Source of the DNA: Saccostrea cucullata
Lineage: Eukaryota
DNA: 64,000 nucleotides
Assembly: GCF_032062105.1 (NCBI RefSeq)
Contig: NW_026933071.1
Span: 248,001 to 312,000 of the forward strand
Direction of reading: 5' to 3'
The notes under the pieces are model-generated. The model saw only the letters and a list, made by a program, of their open reading frames with translations, had not been told where the DNA came from and ran no database searches. This document shows positions 1 to 13,237 of this stretch, one piece after another. Positions within the stretch are counted from its first letter, which is position 1. Every line of letters starts with the position of its first letter. Both the position numbers and the translations under genes were made by a program.

Positions 1-85
1 TTTCACTTCAAACAGATCGATTCAGAGAGAGAGGTACTCAGAAAAAAAAAATGATTCAGAAATAACTTAAATTAGTTTCTCTTAC

Positions 86-870
86 CTCAATCAGAGCATC
101 TGCGATGTGTAGCATGCCCTGTCTCATGAAATGTTCCGCAATCACTTCATTTAGCAGGAGTTTCTTGTTCTCGTCCTCTAAATTACAGTCTTGAGATATG
201 GAGGTAAAGTCTGTCACAAAATTCTGGGGGTAGAAAGTGATATGTTATGGATAAAGTAAATTAAATTCTAATACAAAAAAAACTCTTCTTCATTTAATCC
301 GTGCTATGATGTGCTTTAAAATAGAAACTAAACATTTTACAAGCGTAAAATCTCACCCTATCAACAGCCTTGCCAACTTTTGACACTGTGCTGTGTAGGT
401 CTTTGTGTTCCTGACCCATCCTAGATATGGCTTCTTTTATTTTCCGAATTGTCTGCATCAAGATTATGGACTGTGTGGGTGTAATTTCATGATCAGCTGG
501 GGCTACAAATCACATAGAGGAAATTCGAGTTAGAAACTTTAGACCTCTTAATAAGTAAAATGGATTAAATTTAATTACTATAATTAATCATTCTTATGAT
601 TATACGCAATTGTTTTAAACTATCTTGAATGTATTAAAGTATTTAAAAAGATAATTTCAACATTTTCTGGACAAAGAACTGAAGTCAGTGATGTTTATCT
701 GGAATATTTACATTCTCGAGGATGAAACGCATACCTTCATTAAGTTCTTTTTGAATACTTTGTATGGAAGAAATCAATTCTTCTAAATTTTTCTTCGAGT
801 GGTCCTGGAGACCGCTAAATTTTGATAAAACTCTTTCCACTTCTCTCTCCACTGCTAAACACGACTCCAT
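86..870 (-). CDS. RMND5A: RMND5/GID2 (CTLH E3 ligase subunit) homologue, 5' part: exons 870-735, 502-357, 223-86; gene continues beyond the window start
   Basis: The GT-AG-bounded exons join in frame: MESCLAVEREVERVLSKF...HKDLHSTVSKVGKAVDR|NFVTDF...LLNEVIAEHFMRQGMLHIADALIE (LisH region). This matches the RMND5 N-terminus. Confidence 0.9.
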
Positions 871-1188
871 CTTTGTTTTTCGTCCTCCACCTCTAGATTA
901 GGGGATGATTCATTAATATTAAATGAGTTTAAGCATAAATCCCCGCTTTTAGGTGATGAAAAATTAAAAAAAAAATATTTTATTTAATAAATTTATATTT
1001 CAATAAAATTAAATAATACAAAGTAATTTTTAAGTGAGTTTTATTTAATATTTATAAAGAAAGAAATTGTTACTCTTCTTAATTAATTATTACTCCCTCG
1101 GGTTCAAAGTGCACCTCATGATTATAGATACCGTTGGCTCGGCATTTGCTGTCACTTTTCTCGTCCTTACCAGCGACCTCGCATCAAG
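871..1188. promoter_or_regulatory. Putative bidirectional promoter between RMND5 and FADS6
   Basis: Only 318 bp separate the divergent ATGs (870 and 1189), with an extremely AT-rich core. Confidence 0.5.
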
Positions 1189-2250
1189 ATGTCATTCGCG
1201 GTCTCGGAGAAAGATTCCAACAAAGAAAGTGGGTCGGAGATTGTATACGATCGCGTCAAGATAGACAAATTACCGAAATTCTCGGACTTAAACAAAGAAG
1301 TGATTGCTTTTGTGAACCAATGCAGTTGGTGGGATAGATATGGGGTGGACTGGTGCATCACTTCAATGGGATTTATCATGGTGTATGTGGCGCTGATCTG
1401 TATACAGTCTTCAAATGTGATGACTTTTTGTCTCGGTGTGTTCATGTATGGGTATTGCTTTCAGATGTTTTCTGTGCGCTGTGCTCATGCGAGTGTGCAC
1501 AATGCAGTCTGCGAATCCCGCTTTATAAATCGCTTATGGGCTTTCTTCTTTGGAGACGTGTGTGCATCTTTTTCAGCTGATGTCGGATATGATATGCATA
1601 TACGTATACACCACCCGCATACCAACATTATTGGTCTCGGGGATTCGAGCAGTTGGAAGGTGTCCTTCTTGCCTGCCCTTTTCTACATGTACTTTGCCCC
1701 CCTCCTGCTTCCGTTATTGTCCATACCTATCTCAGTCAAAGAACTCTGGGGCCAGTGGATGAAAATGACCAGATATGTTCTCCTTATGCTGACTGGATTA
1801 GTCATCAACTTCACGCTGCTTATGAAAGTTTCAGGATTTTCCTTTATGGGGGCTTTGTTATGTATACTCGTATCTCGATCCCTACTGATGATACCTTACA
1901 TCCATGTCAATATATTCCAACATATCGGACTTCCCATGTACTCCCGTGACCACCGACCAAAGAAGATATACCTGATGTCTACTGGGGTGTTAAATCTTCC
2001 GCGGAATCCCATACTGGACTTTACTTTCGGACATTGCATCATCAGCGCTCACGTGGAACATCACCTATTTCCTCACATGTCAGACAACATGTGCTTGATG
2101 ATCAAACCCATCGTGTCCCGATTTCTAAGAAAAAATGGACTCCCATACAATGAGGACACTTATTTCAGTCGGATGTGGCACTTCACGGTGAAATACAAAG
2201 AGTTGATGGTTAATGCTCCTCCCATAACTCACTTTGTTGGGATTCAATGA
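1189..2250 (+). CDS. FADS6: Fatty acid desaturase 6-like, intronless, 353 aa
   Basis: Three His boxes (HASVH, HIRIHHPH, HVEHH), hydrophobic segments and no cytochrome b5 domain. The C-terminus QHIGLPMYS...GHCIISAHVEHHLFP.MSDNMCL...APPIT is characteristic of FADS6. Confidence 0.9.
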   Translation: MSFAVSEKDSNKESGSEIVYDRVKIDKLPKFSDLNKEVIAFVNQCSWWDRYGVDWCITSMGFIMVYVALICIQSSNVMTFCLGVFMYGYCFQMFSVRCAHASVHNAVCESRFINRLWAFFFGDVCASFSADVGYDMHIRIHHPHTNIIGLGDSSSWKVSFLPALFYMYFAPLLLPLLSIPISVKELWGQWMKMTRYVLLMLTGLVINFTLLMKVSGFSFMGALLCILVSRSLLMIPYIHVNIFQHIGLPMYSRDHRPKKIYLMSTGVLNLPRNPILDFTFGHCIISAHVEHHLFPHMSDNMCLMIKPIVSRFLRKNGLPYNEDTYFSRMWHFTVKYKELMVNAPPITHFVGIQ

Positions 2251-3024
2251 ACAAGAGATGCTTATTGTTATTTCATTGACATTATTTGGAGTCACCATGG
2301 TAAGGAGACAACCTTAACCATCTGTTAACATGCTTAAGTTTGAAAAACTTTGATAATTTTATTCGCTGGTATAAAGTCATATCAAGATACATTTTGTAAC
2401 TAATAATGTGCTAATTTTTTACCACACCAATGATTAATGAGTCTCAAAGTTAATAAATACTCAAAAGTCGTTAAATAATATATGACCTTCACTGTTAGGT
2501 TTCAAACGTGATTTATACCATGTAGATTAATTTTATGTATATACCATGGTGCTCTCAGATAGAATTTGCTTATACAGTACATGTATGTTTGAAAGATCAT
2601 TATTATACAATTTTTAATTTTACTCAGATTGTTAATATTTTGTTTTTTATTAATTTGTTGATTTTTTTTTTTAATTTCATCTTTACTTAAGATTTATTCA
2701 CTTGCTGTTGAACGTTTAGCTGTGATATATGCTTATTTCAATGCAATTTGTGTGCCATGTCATGACTTCATTGTATGCTTCTATAATTAAGGTTCCTCTT
2801 CTCTTTCCTTTCCTTACTCAGAGAATATTGTTTTACATTGTATTATGCTTATCGCTTTCAGAAAGAGATCCATTTGATCATTGTTTTTACACATCGTGCA
2901 GAAAAATATTAGGCAGAAATGTCCTTTATAATTTGACTATTTTATTTTTAAAAATAACATAATTATCCAAGTTAGAGTTATTTCTCTTCTCAGAGGGTCA
3001 TAGAACCTTAATCATGTTTATGCT

Positions 3025-3112
3025 TAGATAGAATGTTCTATCGTTAAAATGATATTGTCCTACGGACCCGGTTGAGGGCCTGTACCGAGACACAGTTAGA
3101 TTATTCTAACTA
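3025..3112. mobile_element. 88-bp MITE with 9-bp TSD (Mutator-like by TSD length)
   Basis: TIR TAGATAGAAT/ATTCTAACTA; TSD GTTTATGCT at 3016-3024 and 3113-3121; absent at the paralogous site (~8235-8245). Confidence 0.8.
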
Positions 3113-4461
3113 GTTTATGCTAAGTAATTATGTTACAGTAAGTATGTGTAGACTTGTCTCTGCTTTTGAAACTTTGAAACTTTTTATTTCACTAAAGCCC
3201 CCACATGGGGTATGTTGGTACAACAAGAATTTAACAAATGAACAAGTAAACATGTGAACAGTTAACATGATGAACAAGTAAAAGATCTTTGATATGGACA
3301 GTACTGGTGCATTAATTATGTTACAGTAAGTATGTGTAGAGTTATCTCTCTTATCAGAGTATCAATGAACCTTAATGCTATAAATAACTTATTTTACAGT
3401 TAATCTGTGTGTGTTAATCCATTTGTTTTGTTTTTAATTGTTGTTAAGATTTACAAGACAAGGCCATCATTAAAAGAATGTTTGTTTTGCCCTCTCGCAA
3501 CTTGAAATTGGGTTGGTTGGTAGGTGAAATTTTTTATGAAAATTTCAACAAACATATTATCAGAATGAAAAAAAAAAATCCTGGAATTAAAAATTATCAG
3601 TTCCTGGAAGTTAATAAGTTCTGAGTTGGACATTTTTAAGCAGTAGGGAGAGTGGGCAAACATATTTTTTTTTAAAGAGGGCTTAATATATTCTGTGATT
3701 TGATGTTAATGTTATTCAGATACATGTATGTATTATGATCTGTGTGGTATGCAACTATCTACAATCAATTTATGTTTATCACTGCTTTTGGATTTTAAAT
3801 AATAAACGTGTTGAAGCAATATCAATTTTTGATTTTACTGTAGTTGATAACTAGATCAATACGCATCCAAAGTCAAGGCTCCCAAATTACGCACATATTA
3901 TATACTTGATAAAGGGTCATAATTTATCTGGTTTTATCTCGCCCTTACAAATTCTCTACTCATAATAAATTATAAAAATCTATACAGGTGAACTTTATAT
4001 ACTTATGTACTTGATAAGATTTATCATCTACATCTGAAATATAAATTTTCAAATTTTATTTGAGAAATCTGTACATTATTAGTTCAACCTCCTCCCAGTT
4101 TCTAGCAATTTAATTTGCAGTCATAGTTTTAAAAATGGCTTATTTCCTAATTTAACTTTCATAAGGCATTACATAATGTAATGAAATTCAATATTTTGAA
4201 ACTATCACGTTTAAAATTCAAATACTTCCATAGATTTAAACATTCATTATTTTTCAGAACAATAACATCTTGCATTGCATGCCTTTAAGCATTAATTCAG
4301 TAAGAAGATCAGTTTTTCAGAATTTCAATTAAATGTATTATATCTCATCCTCTACTTCAGTCCATGTAGCCATGCATTTAAATACCTTTGGGAAAAAAGG
4401 GGATGTTGGTATTTGCAGTCATCTTGTTTTAAACAACTCCTCTTGAGCATTAAACTTAAAT

Positions 4462-4548
4462 TAGATAGAATGTTCTATCGTTAAAATGATATTGTCCTAC
4501 GGACCCGGTGAGGGCCTGTACCGAGACACAGTTAGATTATTCTAACTA
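4462..4548. mobile_element. Second copy of the 88-bp MITE (87 bp)
   Basis: Identical to 3025-3112 except for one T; TSD AACTTAAAT at 4453-4461 and 4549-4557; empty site at ~9380. Confidence 0.8.
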
Positions 4549-5730
4549 AACTTAAATCACCCTCGCCTCAAACCTGAAACAGGTTCATCTCAGTATTTTG
4601 AAGACAAGATGCATTTTTCTTAAGCATTTTATCAAATAAATAAGTTAACGTAAAATTTATATATGGACATCACAGTACAGAAATAAATTGTATAGGTATT
4701 AGGAACTCCGGTCCTACAAAGCGAGAAAAAGAGAGAAGATAAAATGAAAGAATGATTATAAGTTCATTTTCCGGCCTACAATAAATCCCTTGAAAATTAA
4801 ATGGCATTTAGGTACATGAACAGGAAAAATTCACACATAGTGCGCATCGAGTGTTGGATAATTTACATGTAAAAAGATAACGAAAATAAAAGGATTGAAA
4901 ACTTTTTTACGAAAGAAAACTGCATTATAACTATAACGCCCTTGGTAATCGTTTAAAACTGACCACCTTCCATACTTTTTGTTCCTTGTCCCTTTGGACT
5001 TTATCCTGCGTCCGTTTCGAGGAGATGGGGAGGGGGTAGGTGTTGGAGAATCATTGAAAATGGCTCGATATATAGCTAAGCGTTAACCTATATAAAACAA
5101 AAATATAAGTTATATAACACACCTTCCTGTGGCATTGACAGTGCAGATATATATTTCTTCAGACTTTATGTCTAATATCATATTTCTTGATTTGAGTTTT
5201 TTTCTTGAATTGAAAGATATTTAATTTATTTTCAACTTTAAAATTCTATTTTCAACTTACAGTGAAAGCTGTCTATATCGACACCTGTGCATGTCGGTCT
5301 AGACAGGTATCACAGTATATTGCATTCATTATATTTTTGATATGTGATGCAATAAATGCAAATGGGATGACATCTGTACTCTCACAGCTTCACTCACCTG
5401 CTGCGTTCAAATGTACTTAAATTTTTTTTTATGCATGTTTGTAAAATGAATTTTAATTAAAAACAATATTCTGACTCTCATACTCTGTTTGCGAGGTAAA
5501 AATAGCTTTAGTGTTATTATACATGTTTTCGATACCCATTGGTTCATCAGAGCTGTTTTTTCTTCAAACGTTTAAGCTTGTTTTCTCTCTGACATATCAG
5601 TAAAACTCTTTTTTCATTCTGAGCTTCTTAAATAATCGATCGCTCTTTTACAATTCCATATGTCATGCGGCGTGACGTGCACTGTTCCTTTGGGTTTATA
5701 AATTTTATATGGCCACCATTCATTATAATG

Positions 5731-7171
5731 TACGAAAGCCGGATAGGCTCATTTCTGAAAAGATAAAAAAATATTTAACTCGTTGTAACGAATTAATTAT
5801 CTCGTTATAACGACTTAGTTATCTCGTTATATAACGAGTAAGTATCTCGTTATAACGAGTTAATCATCTCGTTATAACGAATTAATTATCTTGTTATAAC
5901 GACTTAGTTTTATCTCGTTATTACGAATTAGTTATCTCGTTATAACGAGTTAGTTATCTCGTTATAACGAGTTAATTATCTCGTTATTACGAATTAGTTA
6001 TCTCGTTATATTATATAACTTTGTGAAATCCGATAATCTGATTGGCCAATACGAAGTACTTATTTTTTAATAACGACCGCTGAAAGCGAATAATGACTCG
6101 CACGAGCTGCCTCGTTTTCACTTTCGCTTTAGACAAACATGGGAGTTCGCATTATAAATGCATATTGACCTACATCGAGTCCATATTTATTATATTATAT
6201 AAATAATAATTTCCCAAATTTATAAGTGCAATGTATATCGATCATCCTATTAATTAGTATTTACAGAGATAGTATTAACCATAAATAAGTTGAATGTAAA
6301 TGTTTCAGAATTCATTGAATATTACTCAGAGGAAATTGTTTCGGCATATATTTCCCATATCATAATAATGACGCAAGATATCTATCTCCGAATAACACAG
6401 AGTACCCTCTCCCCCAGATTGAAAATCGCTCTCAGTTACACTTGCAGACGAAAATTAATGCACTGACAAAATATAAATACCTATGCCTTCTAAGAATAGA
6501 TACAATCTTACATGGCATGCTTGTCTTATGTCTATATTTTCTTTAGTCTCCGTAATCGCGTAAACAGCGTCAAAGCTCAGTTCGCTGAGTGGAAAGGTCA
6601 AACTCAACCATGAAATGGTATGTGCTTATTATTCCCGAAAAATATTCACAAATATCCTAGTAATTGGTTTGTATTATCAGTCTCAGAGTTCTTCACTATA
6701 GGCCTATGATTTGAATTTTCCTCACCTTCAACTTGCGAACTCCCATGTTTGTCTAAAGCGAAAGTGAAAACGAGGCAGCTCATGCGAGTCATTATTCGCT
6801 TTCAGCGGTCGTTATTAAAATATAAGTACTTCGTATTGACCAATCAGATTACCGGATTTCACAAAGTTATATAATATAACGAGATAATTAACTCGTTATA
6901 ACGAGATAACTAAGTCGTTATAACGAGAAAAATTAACTCGTTTTAACAAGATAACTAAGTCGTTATAACGAGATAACTAAGTCGTTATAACGAGATAACT
7001 AAATCGTTATAACGAGATAACGAAATCCTTATAACGAGATAACGACCTCGTTATAACGAGATAACTAAGTCATTATAACGAGATATTAACTCGTTATAAC
7101 GAGATAACTAACTCGTTATAACGATTTAATTTTTTTTATCTTCTCAGAATTGAGCCTATCCGGCTTTCGTA
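5731..7171. mobile_element. Non-autonomous TIR DNA transposon with ~21-bp palindromic subterminal repeat arrays and a 6-bp TSD
   Basis: TIR TACGAAAGCCGGATAGGCTCA; arrays of CTCGTTATAACGAG-containing units in opposite orientation; flanks ATAATG/ATAATA versus a single ATAATG at the empty site (~10512). Confidence 0.85.
6011..6874. mobile_element. Nested non-autonomous element with ~140-bp TIRs (possibly Crypton-associated)
   Basis: 6011-6151 is the reverse complement of ~6734-6874; it sits within TCTCGT(TATA)ACGAGA of the host repeat. Confidence 0.75.
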
Positions 7172-7873
7172 ATAATAAACGAGACTTCAAATCAAAATCA
7201 GATAAAATCAGATAAAACAAGTCACTAAATGTTTTGTATAAATTTCCTTTTCTAACCCTGAATAGTGCTCCCAGGCCTACATGTTCTCAATTAAGGTTTC
7301 CGCTATACAAAAAAAAAAAACATTTCCGGAACATCTCATAGACAACCTATATGAGTTACATGTATCTAACAGCGAGCTACTACATGTATGTTAAGGTTCG
7401 ATCTGTTATTTGTTGTTATAATCTTTACCTCATTTCCAACCAGTCTCCAATTTGCAAAATATCACTCACCGTCGCAAACTACGGCCAAAACAGCTTCGCG
7501 GTTTAAAAAACTTATTGTCTTCCCACACACTTTTATCAAAGAAAATTTGGTGTTATGATTTTATTAAAAATTTGTCGAAGAACAGTACACTGCCCCAAGT
7601 TATATTATATCATACCGCGTATAATGTAGATTCCTTAAACATTTGACTTTTGCCTTTCAAACTTTTTTCACCTGAAGTACATTTGCTGTCAATTTATTTG
7701 AGGGTCAAAAGGCAAAGATAACATTTTTACAATTTAAAATGGTCATTGCAGGGACCTGTGTATACTGTACATGTATACCCTGTATCACCCATCCATGTTC
7801 TGGACATGGAATGGGGAAGGCCACTCCTAAACTTTCTATAAACATGTTGGCGGGGTGGGGTGGGGTGAAAGAG

Positions 7874-10800
7874 ATTAATTTGTTGATTTTTTATTCAATT
7901 TTATCTTTACTTAAATTTATTCACTTGCTGTTGTTACGTTTAGCTGTGATATATGCTTATTTCAATGCAATTTGTGTGCCATGTCATGACTTCATTGTAT
8001 GCTTCTATAATTAAGGTTTCTCTTCTCTTTTCTTTCATTACTCAGAGAATTTTCTTTTACATTGTATTATGCTTATCGTTTTCAGAAAGAGGTCTTTTTG
8101 ATCATTGTTTTTACCTATTTTGCAGAGAAAAATTGGACAGGAATGCCCTTTTTAATTTGACTCTATTTTAAAAAATAACATTTTTCCAAGTAAGAGTTAT
8201 TTCTCTTCTCAGAGGGTCATTAAACCTTAATCATGTTAATGCCAATTAATTATGTTACAGTAAGTCTTTGTAGAGTTATCTCTCTTATCAGAGTATCAGT
8301 GAACCTTAATGCTATAAATAACTTATTTTACAGTTAATCTGTGTGTGTTAATCCATTTGTTTTGTTTTTAATTGTTGTTAAGATTTACAAGACAAGGTCA
8401 ACATTAAAAGAATGTTTGTTTTGCTCTCTTGCAACTTGAATTTGGGTTGGTTGGTAGGTGAAATTTTTTTTGTATGAAAATTTAAACAAACATATCATCA
8501 GAATGAAAAAAAAACCCTGGAATTAAAAACTATCAGTTCCTGGAAGTTGATAAGTTCTGAGTTGGACATTTTTAAGCAGTAGGGAGAGTGGGCAAATATT
8601 TTTTTTTAAAGAGTGCCTAATATATTCTGTGATTTGATGTTAACTTTATTCAGATATGTATTATGATCTGTGTGGTATGCAACTATCTACAATCAATTTA
8701 TGTTTATCACTGCTTTGGATTTTAAATAATAAACGTGTTGAAGCAATATCAATTTTTTTTACTATAGTTTATAACTAGATCAATATGCATCCAAAGTCAA
8801 GGCCCCCAAATTACGCACATATTATATACTCGATAAAGGGTCATAATTTATCTGGATTTATCTCAACCTTACATATTCTCTACTCATAATAAATTATAAA
8901 AATCTAATACAGGTGAACTTTATATACTTATGTACTTGATAAGACTTATCATCTACATCTGAAATATAAATTTTCAAATTTTATTTGAGAAATCTGTACA
9001 TTATTAGTTCAACCCCCTCCCAGATTCTAGCAATTTAATTTGCAGTCATAGTTTTAAAAGTGGCTTATTTCCTAATTTAACTTTCATAAGGCATTACACC
9101 ATGTAATGAAATTCAATATTTTGAAACTATCATGTTCAAAATTCAAATACTTCCATAAATTTAAACATTCATTATTTTTCATAACAATAACATCTTGCAT
9201 TGCATTCCTTTATGCATTAATTCAGTAAGAAGATCAGTTTTTTAGAATTTCAATTTAATGTATTATATCTCATCCTCTACTTCAGTCCATGTAACCATGC
9301 ATTTTTAAATACTTTGGGAAAAAAGAGGATGTTGGTATTTTGCAGTCATCTTGTTTTAAACGACTCCTCTTGAGCATTAAACTTAAATCCCCCTCCCCTT
9401 AAACTTGAAACAGGTTCATCTCAATATTTTGTAGACAAGATGTATTTTTCTTAAGCATTTTATCAAATGAATAACGTAAAATGTATGTATGGACATCACA
9501 GTACAGAGATAAATTGTGTAAGTATTAGGTACTCCGGTCCTACAAAGCGAGAAAAAGAGAGAAGATTAAATGAAAGAATAATTATAAGTTCATTTTCCGG
9601 CCTACAATAAATTCCTTGAAAATGAAATAGCATTTAAAGGTACATGAACAGGAAAAATTCACACATAGTGCGCATCAAGTGTTGGATAATTTACATGTAA
9701 AGAGATAATGAAAATAATTAAAAGGATTGAAAACTTTTTTTACGAAAGAAAACTGAATTATAACTATAACGCCCCTGGTAATCGTTTAAAACTGACCACC
9801 TTCCATACTACGTGTTCCTTGTTCCTTTGGACTTTTTCCTGCGTCCGTTTCGAGGAGATGGGGAGGGGATAGGTGTAGGAGAATCATTAAAAATGTCTCA
9901 ATAGGGCTAAGCGTTCACCTATATAAAACAAATATAAGTTATATAACACACCTTCCTATGGCATTGACAGTGCAGATATATATTTCTTTAGACTTTACGC
10001 CTGATATCATATTTCTTGATTTGAGTTTTTCTCTTGAAGTGAAAGATAATCATAATTTATTTTTAATTTAAAATTCTATTTTCAATTTACAGTGAAAGCT
10101 GCCTATATCGACACCTGTGCATGTCGGTCTAGACAGGTATCGCAGTATATTGCATTCATTATATTTTTGATATGTGATGAAATAAATGCAAATGGGATGA
10201 CATCTGTACTCTCACAGCTTTACTTAAAATGAATTTTAATTAAAAACAATATTCTGACTCTCATACTCTGTTTGCGAGGTAAATATATCTTGACTGTAAT
10301 GATATATACATATTTTCGATACCCATTGGTTCACCAGAGCTGTTTTTTCTTCAAACGTTTAAGCTTGTTTTCTCTCTGACATATTAGTAAAACTCTTTGT
10401 TCATTCCGAGCTTCTTAAATAATCGATCGCTCTTTTACAATTCCATATGTCATGCGGCGTGACGTGCACTGTTCCTTTGGGTTTATAAATTTTATATGGC
10501 CACCATTCATTATAATGAACGAGACTTCAAATCAAAATCAGATAAAATCAGATAAAACAAGTCACTAAATGTTTTGTATAAATTTCATTTTCTAAACCTG
10601 AATAGTGCTCCCAGCTAGGCCTACATGTTCTTAATTAAGGTTTCCGCTATACAAAAGAAACATTTCCGGAACATCTCATATACAACTTCTTTGAGTTACA
10701 TGTATCTAACAACGGGCTACTACATGTATGTAAAGGTTCGATCTGTTATTTGTTGTTATAATCTTTACCTCATTTCCAACCAGTCTCCAATTTGCAAAAT

Positions 10801-11215
10801 ATCACTCACCGTCGCAAACTACGGCCAAAACAGCTTCGCGGTTTAAAAAAACTTATTGTTTTCCCACACGCTTTTATCAAAGAAAATTTGGTGTTATGAT
10901 TTTATTGAAAATTTGTCGAAGAACAGTACACTGCCTCCAAGTTATATTATATCGTACCGCGTATAATGTAGATTCCTTAAACATATGAATTTTGCCTTTC
11001 AAACTTTTTCGCCTTAAGTACATTTGCTGTCAATTTATTTGAGGGTCAAAAGTCAAAGATAACATTTTTACAATTTATAATGGTCATAGCAGGGACCTGT
11101 GTATACTGTACATGTATATCCTGTATCACCCATCCATGTTCTGGACATGGAATGGGGAAGACCACTCCTAAACTTTCTATAAACATGTGGGCGAGGTGGG
11201 GTGGTGTGAAAGAGA
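7874..11215 (+). repeat. Tandem segmental duplication, copy 2 (lacks the insertions), directly upstream of a TRIM pseudogene
   Basis: Colinear with 2650-7873 minus the MITEs. Confidence 0.9.
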
Positions 11216-11425
11216 CTATCAATTGCACCAATACATACACGTTAACGATATTGTTCTCAATCGATGCAATTTCAAGATTTTTAACGAAGGCAGGATAAAA
11301 ATAGGTGTAACACCGAATGGATTTAAAGTTTGTCTCTAAAAATCGTTATGTGCATTTGAGTGAACCTTAAATTGATTATATAACATGTGCACTAAAATCT
11401 AAGGCACTGGTAGTCAATACCAAAC

Positions 11426-11574
11426 ATGGCTGCAAATGAAAAAAAATACCCAGTGGGCTCTCGTCCAGTGCATATATTGAAACGTGTAAATCCCACGAAT
11501 TACCTATTGATATTGTATGTGAGGATTGTGATAAATTTATTTGTGCCAAGTGTGCTAAACAGATCACAGAGATC

Positions 11575-11618
<44 letters not shown>

Positions 11619-12560
11619 ATGTTGTTTAACGTCCCTCTCGAGAATTTTTCACTCATATGGAGACGCCACCACTTGCCGGTGGAGGACTACAAATTTTGTC
11701 CTATGCTCGGCTCTCAGGGCCTTTGAGCAGTGAGGGATCTTTTTCGTGCCAGCACCTACTGCGACACGGGGCCTCGGTTTTTATACGGTCTCATCCGAAG
11801 GACCGGGATCATGAATGGAAAACTATACCTACGGCGGCCATCGAAAGGAGAAGAGGTTTACTTTCATTTCTGAAGAAGACCAGGGAAGAGGATCTGCCTG
11901 GGATTGATGAGAAGATGGAAAATATTCCACTACAGATCACAGAAATAAATAACTGTGTGACTATGAGATTAGAGAGCTACATGATCATTTTGAAGAACTA
12001 ATAGTCAGACTGACAGAAATCAGAAAATGTTAAGAAAAAACAATAAGAGACAATCTGGTTAAAAAGAATGATCAACTGAACCATGTGAAATCTGAGTTAG
12101 AGAAGAAGAAATGGATTACTGACACATTGGAATTCATGGAGGAGAACAACAGCACCATGTCAGATTACAGCTTGATTGACAACCACAGAAAACTGAATAG
12201 AATGCTGTCTGAAGTGGAGGTTTTTATAAAAAATAATAAACGTTCAGTGAAGTTCAGTAGAGTTGAAATCAATTATGACTTACAAGAGTCTGTGGTTGGA
12301 AAAACTTGGAATTTAGATGATATTGCTGTGACTATCAAGAATTCATTTCAATATGAAGATAAAATAATGTCTGCTTCAGAGGCAGTCAGTGAAGATCAAT
12401 GCTACATAAATGGATCTGAATCTGAATATATAGAAAAATACACATTGAAAGTGCCAAAATACAAAGATTTCGTGTCTCCTCTGTTAATGACATGTGTGTG
12501 ACTTATACTGATGATGTTTATTTCACTGACTACATTAACAAGTCCATCCGCCGTCTGCTC
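11426..12560 (+). pseudogene. B-box/coiled-coil/NHL TRIM-like pseudogene, SINE-interrupted and 3'-truncated by a Naiad element
   Basis: Homologous to 35125-36608 and 51389-52875 (CKSHELPIDIVCEDCDKFICAKC; EFMEENNSTMSDYSLIDNH), with frameshifts and stops. Confidence 0.85.
11579..11806 (-). mobile_element. 5'-truncated SINE-like retroposon with (AATC)n tail
   Basis: (TGAT)n tract at the left end; TSD GATCATGA at 11571-11578 and 11807-11814; the body resembles an abundant oyster SINE; removing it restores the B-box sequence. Confidence 0.7.
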
Positions 12561-13237
12561 CTTACATTTGCACCAAACTTTACTCTGTCCATTTGAAACT
12601 TTTAAATAGTCTTCTTGAAAAGGCCAATGAAAGTCCAATTTTGATTCCTCAACACCAGAATATAGGCTCGGATCTGTGATTATAGATATTGCGAATGATA
12701 TAGGCTATTTTAACTGTCAATAAAGGAATTGACGCGGTTAATATAAGTAATATTCTTAATCACAAAAGGGCCCAGTCTTGTATTCCACCATATTTCAAGT
12801 TAAAGACTACACCTTGTATTTCCTACAAATATACATCGACCATTGCTTCCAAATTTTTCAATTACAAAAAAACCTTACATGACCTTGATACCGAGTATCT
12901 GAAACATGTATAATCCTCCATCGTGTTTATGTTCTTCTTTGCCCTATAACTATGTTCCTGCTGGACACGTTCTTACTTGTGACGTAAATATAGTTAATAA
13001 TGAGGACCTTAGATCACTTATTTCAAAAGGTCCTAAATATAGGGAACTCCGATCCTTCAACTGGCGTCGAAACTTCATAAATATTATGGATTCTGTTGAA
13101 AATCATACCAGATGAAAAAGAAGACGTTGACACTTTGTCACAATGGATTAAACGTATAAAATCGATGTTAAAGTCGCGTATTAAAAGATTGAGGGGCAAT
13201 ATGAAAACCATCTATCCTTCTGAGTTCAATAATCCAG

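Larger units (their letters stand above)
2650..7873 (+). repeat. Tandem segmental duplication, copy 1 (~3.3-kb unit expanded by insertions)
   Basis: Colinear and highly similar to 7874-11215; junction at gaaagaga|ttaatttgttg. Confidence 0.9.

Noticed and set aside
5775-7125. CRISPR-like regular palindromic repeats
   Set aside because: Units are contiguous with no unique spacers, lie inside a TIR element in a eukaryotic context, and no cas genes are present.
2729-11298. Repeated short ORFs (MLISMQFVCHV..., MVIAGTCVYCTC...)
   Set aside because: They recur only because of the segmental duplication; stop positions differ between copies and no domain is recognisable.
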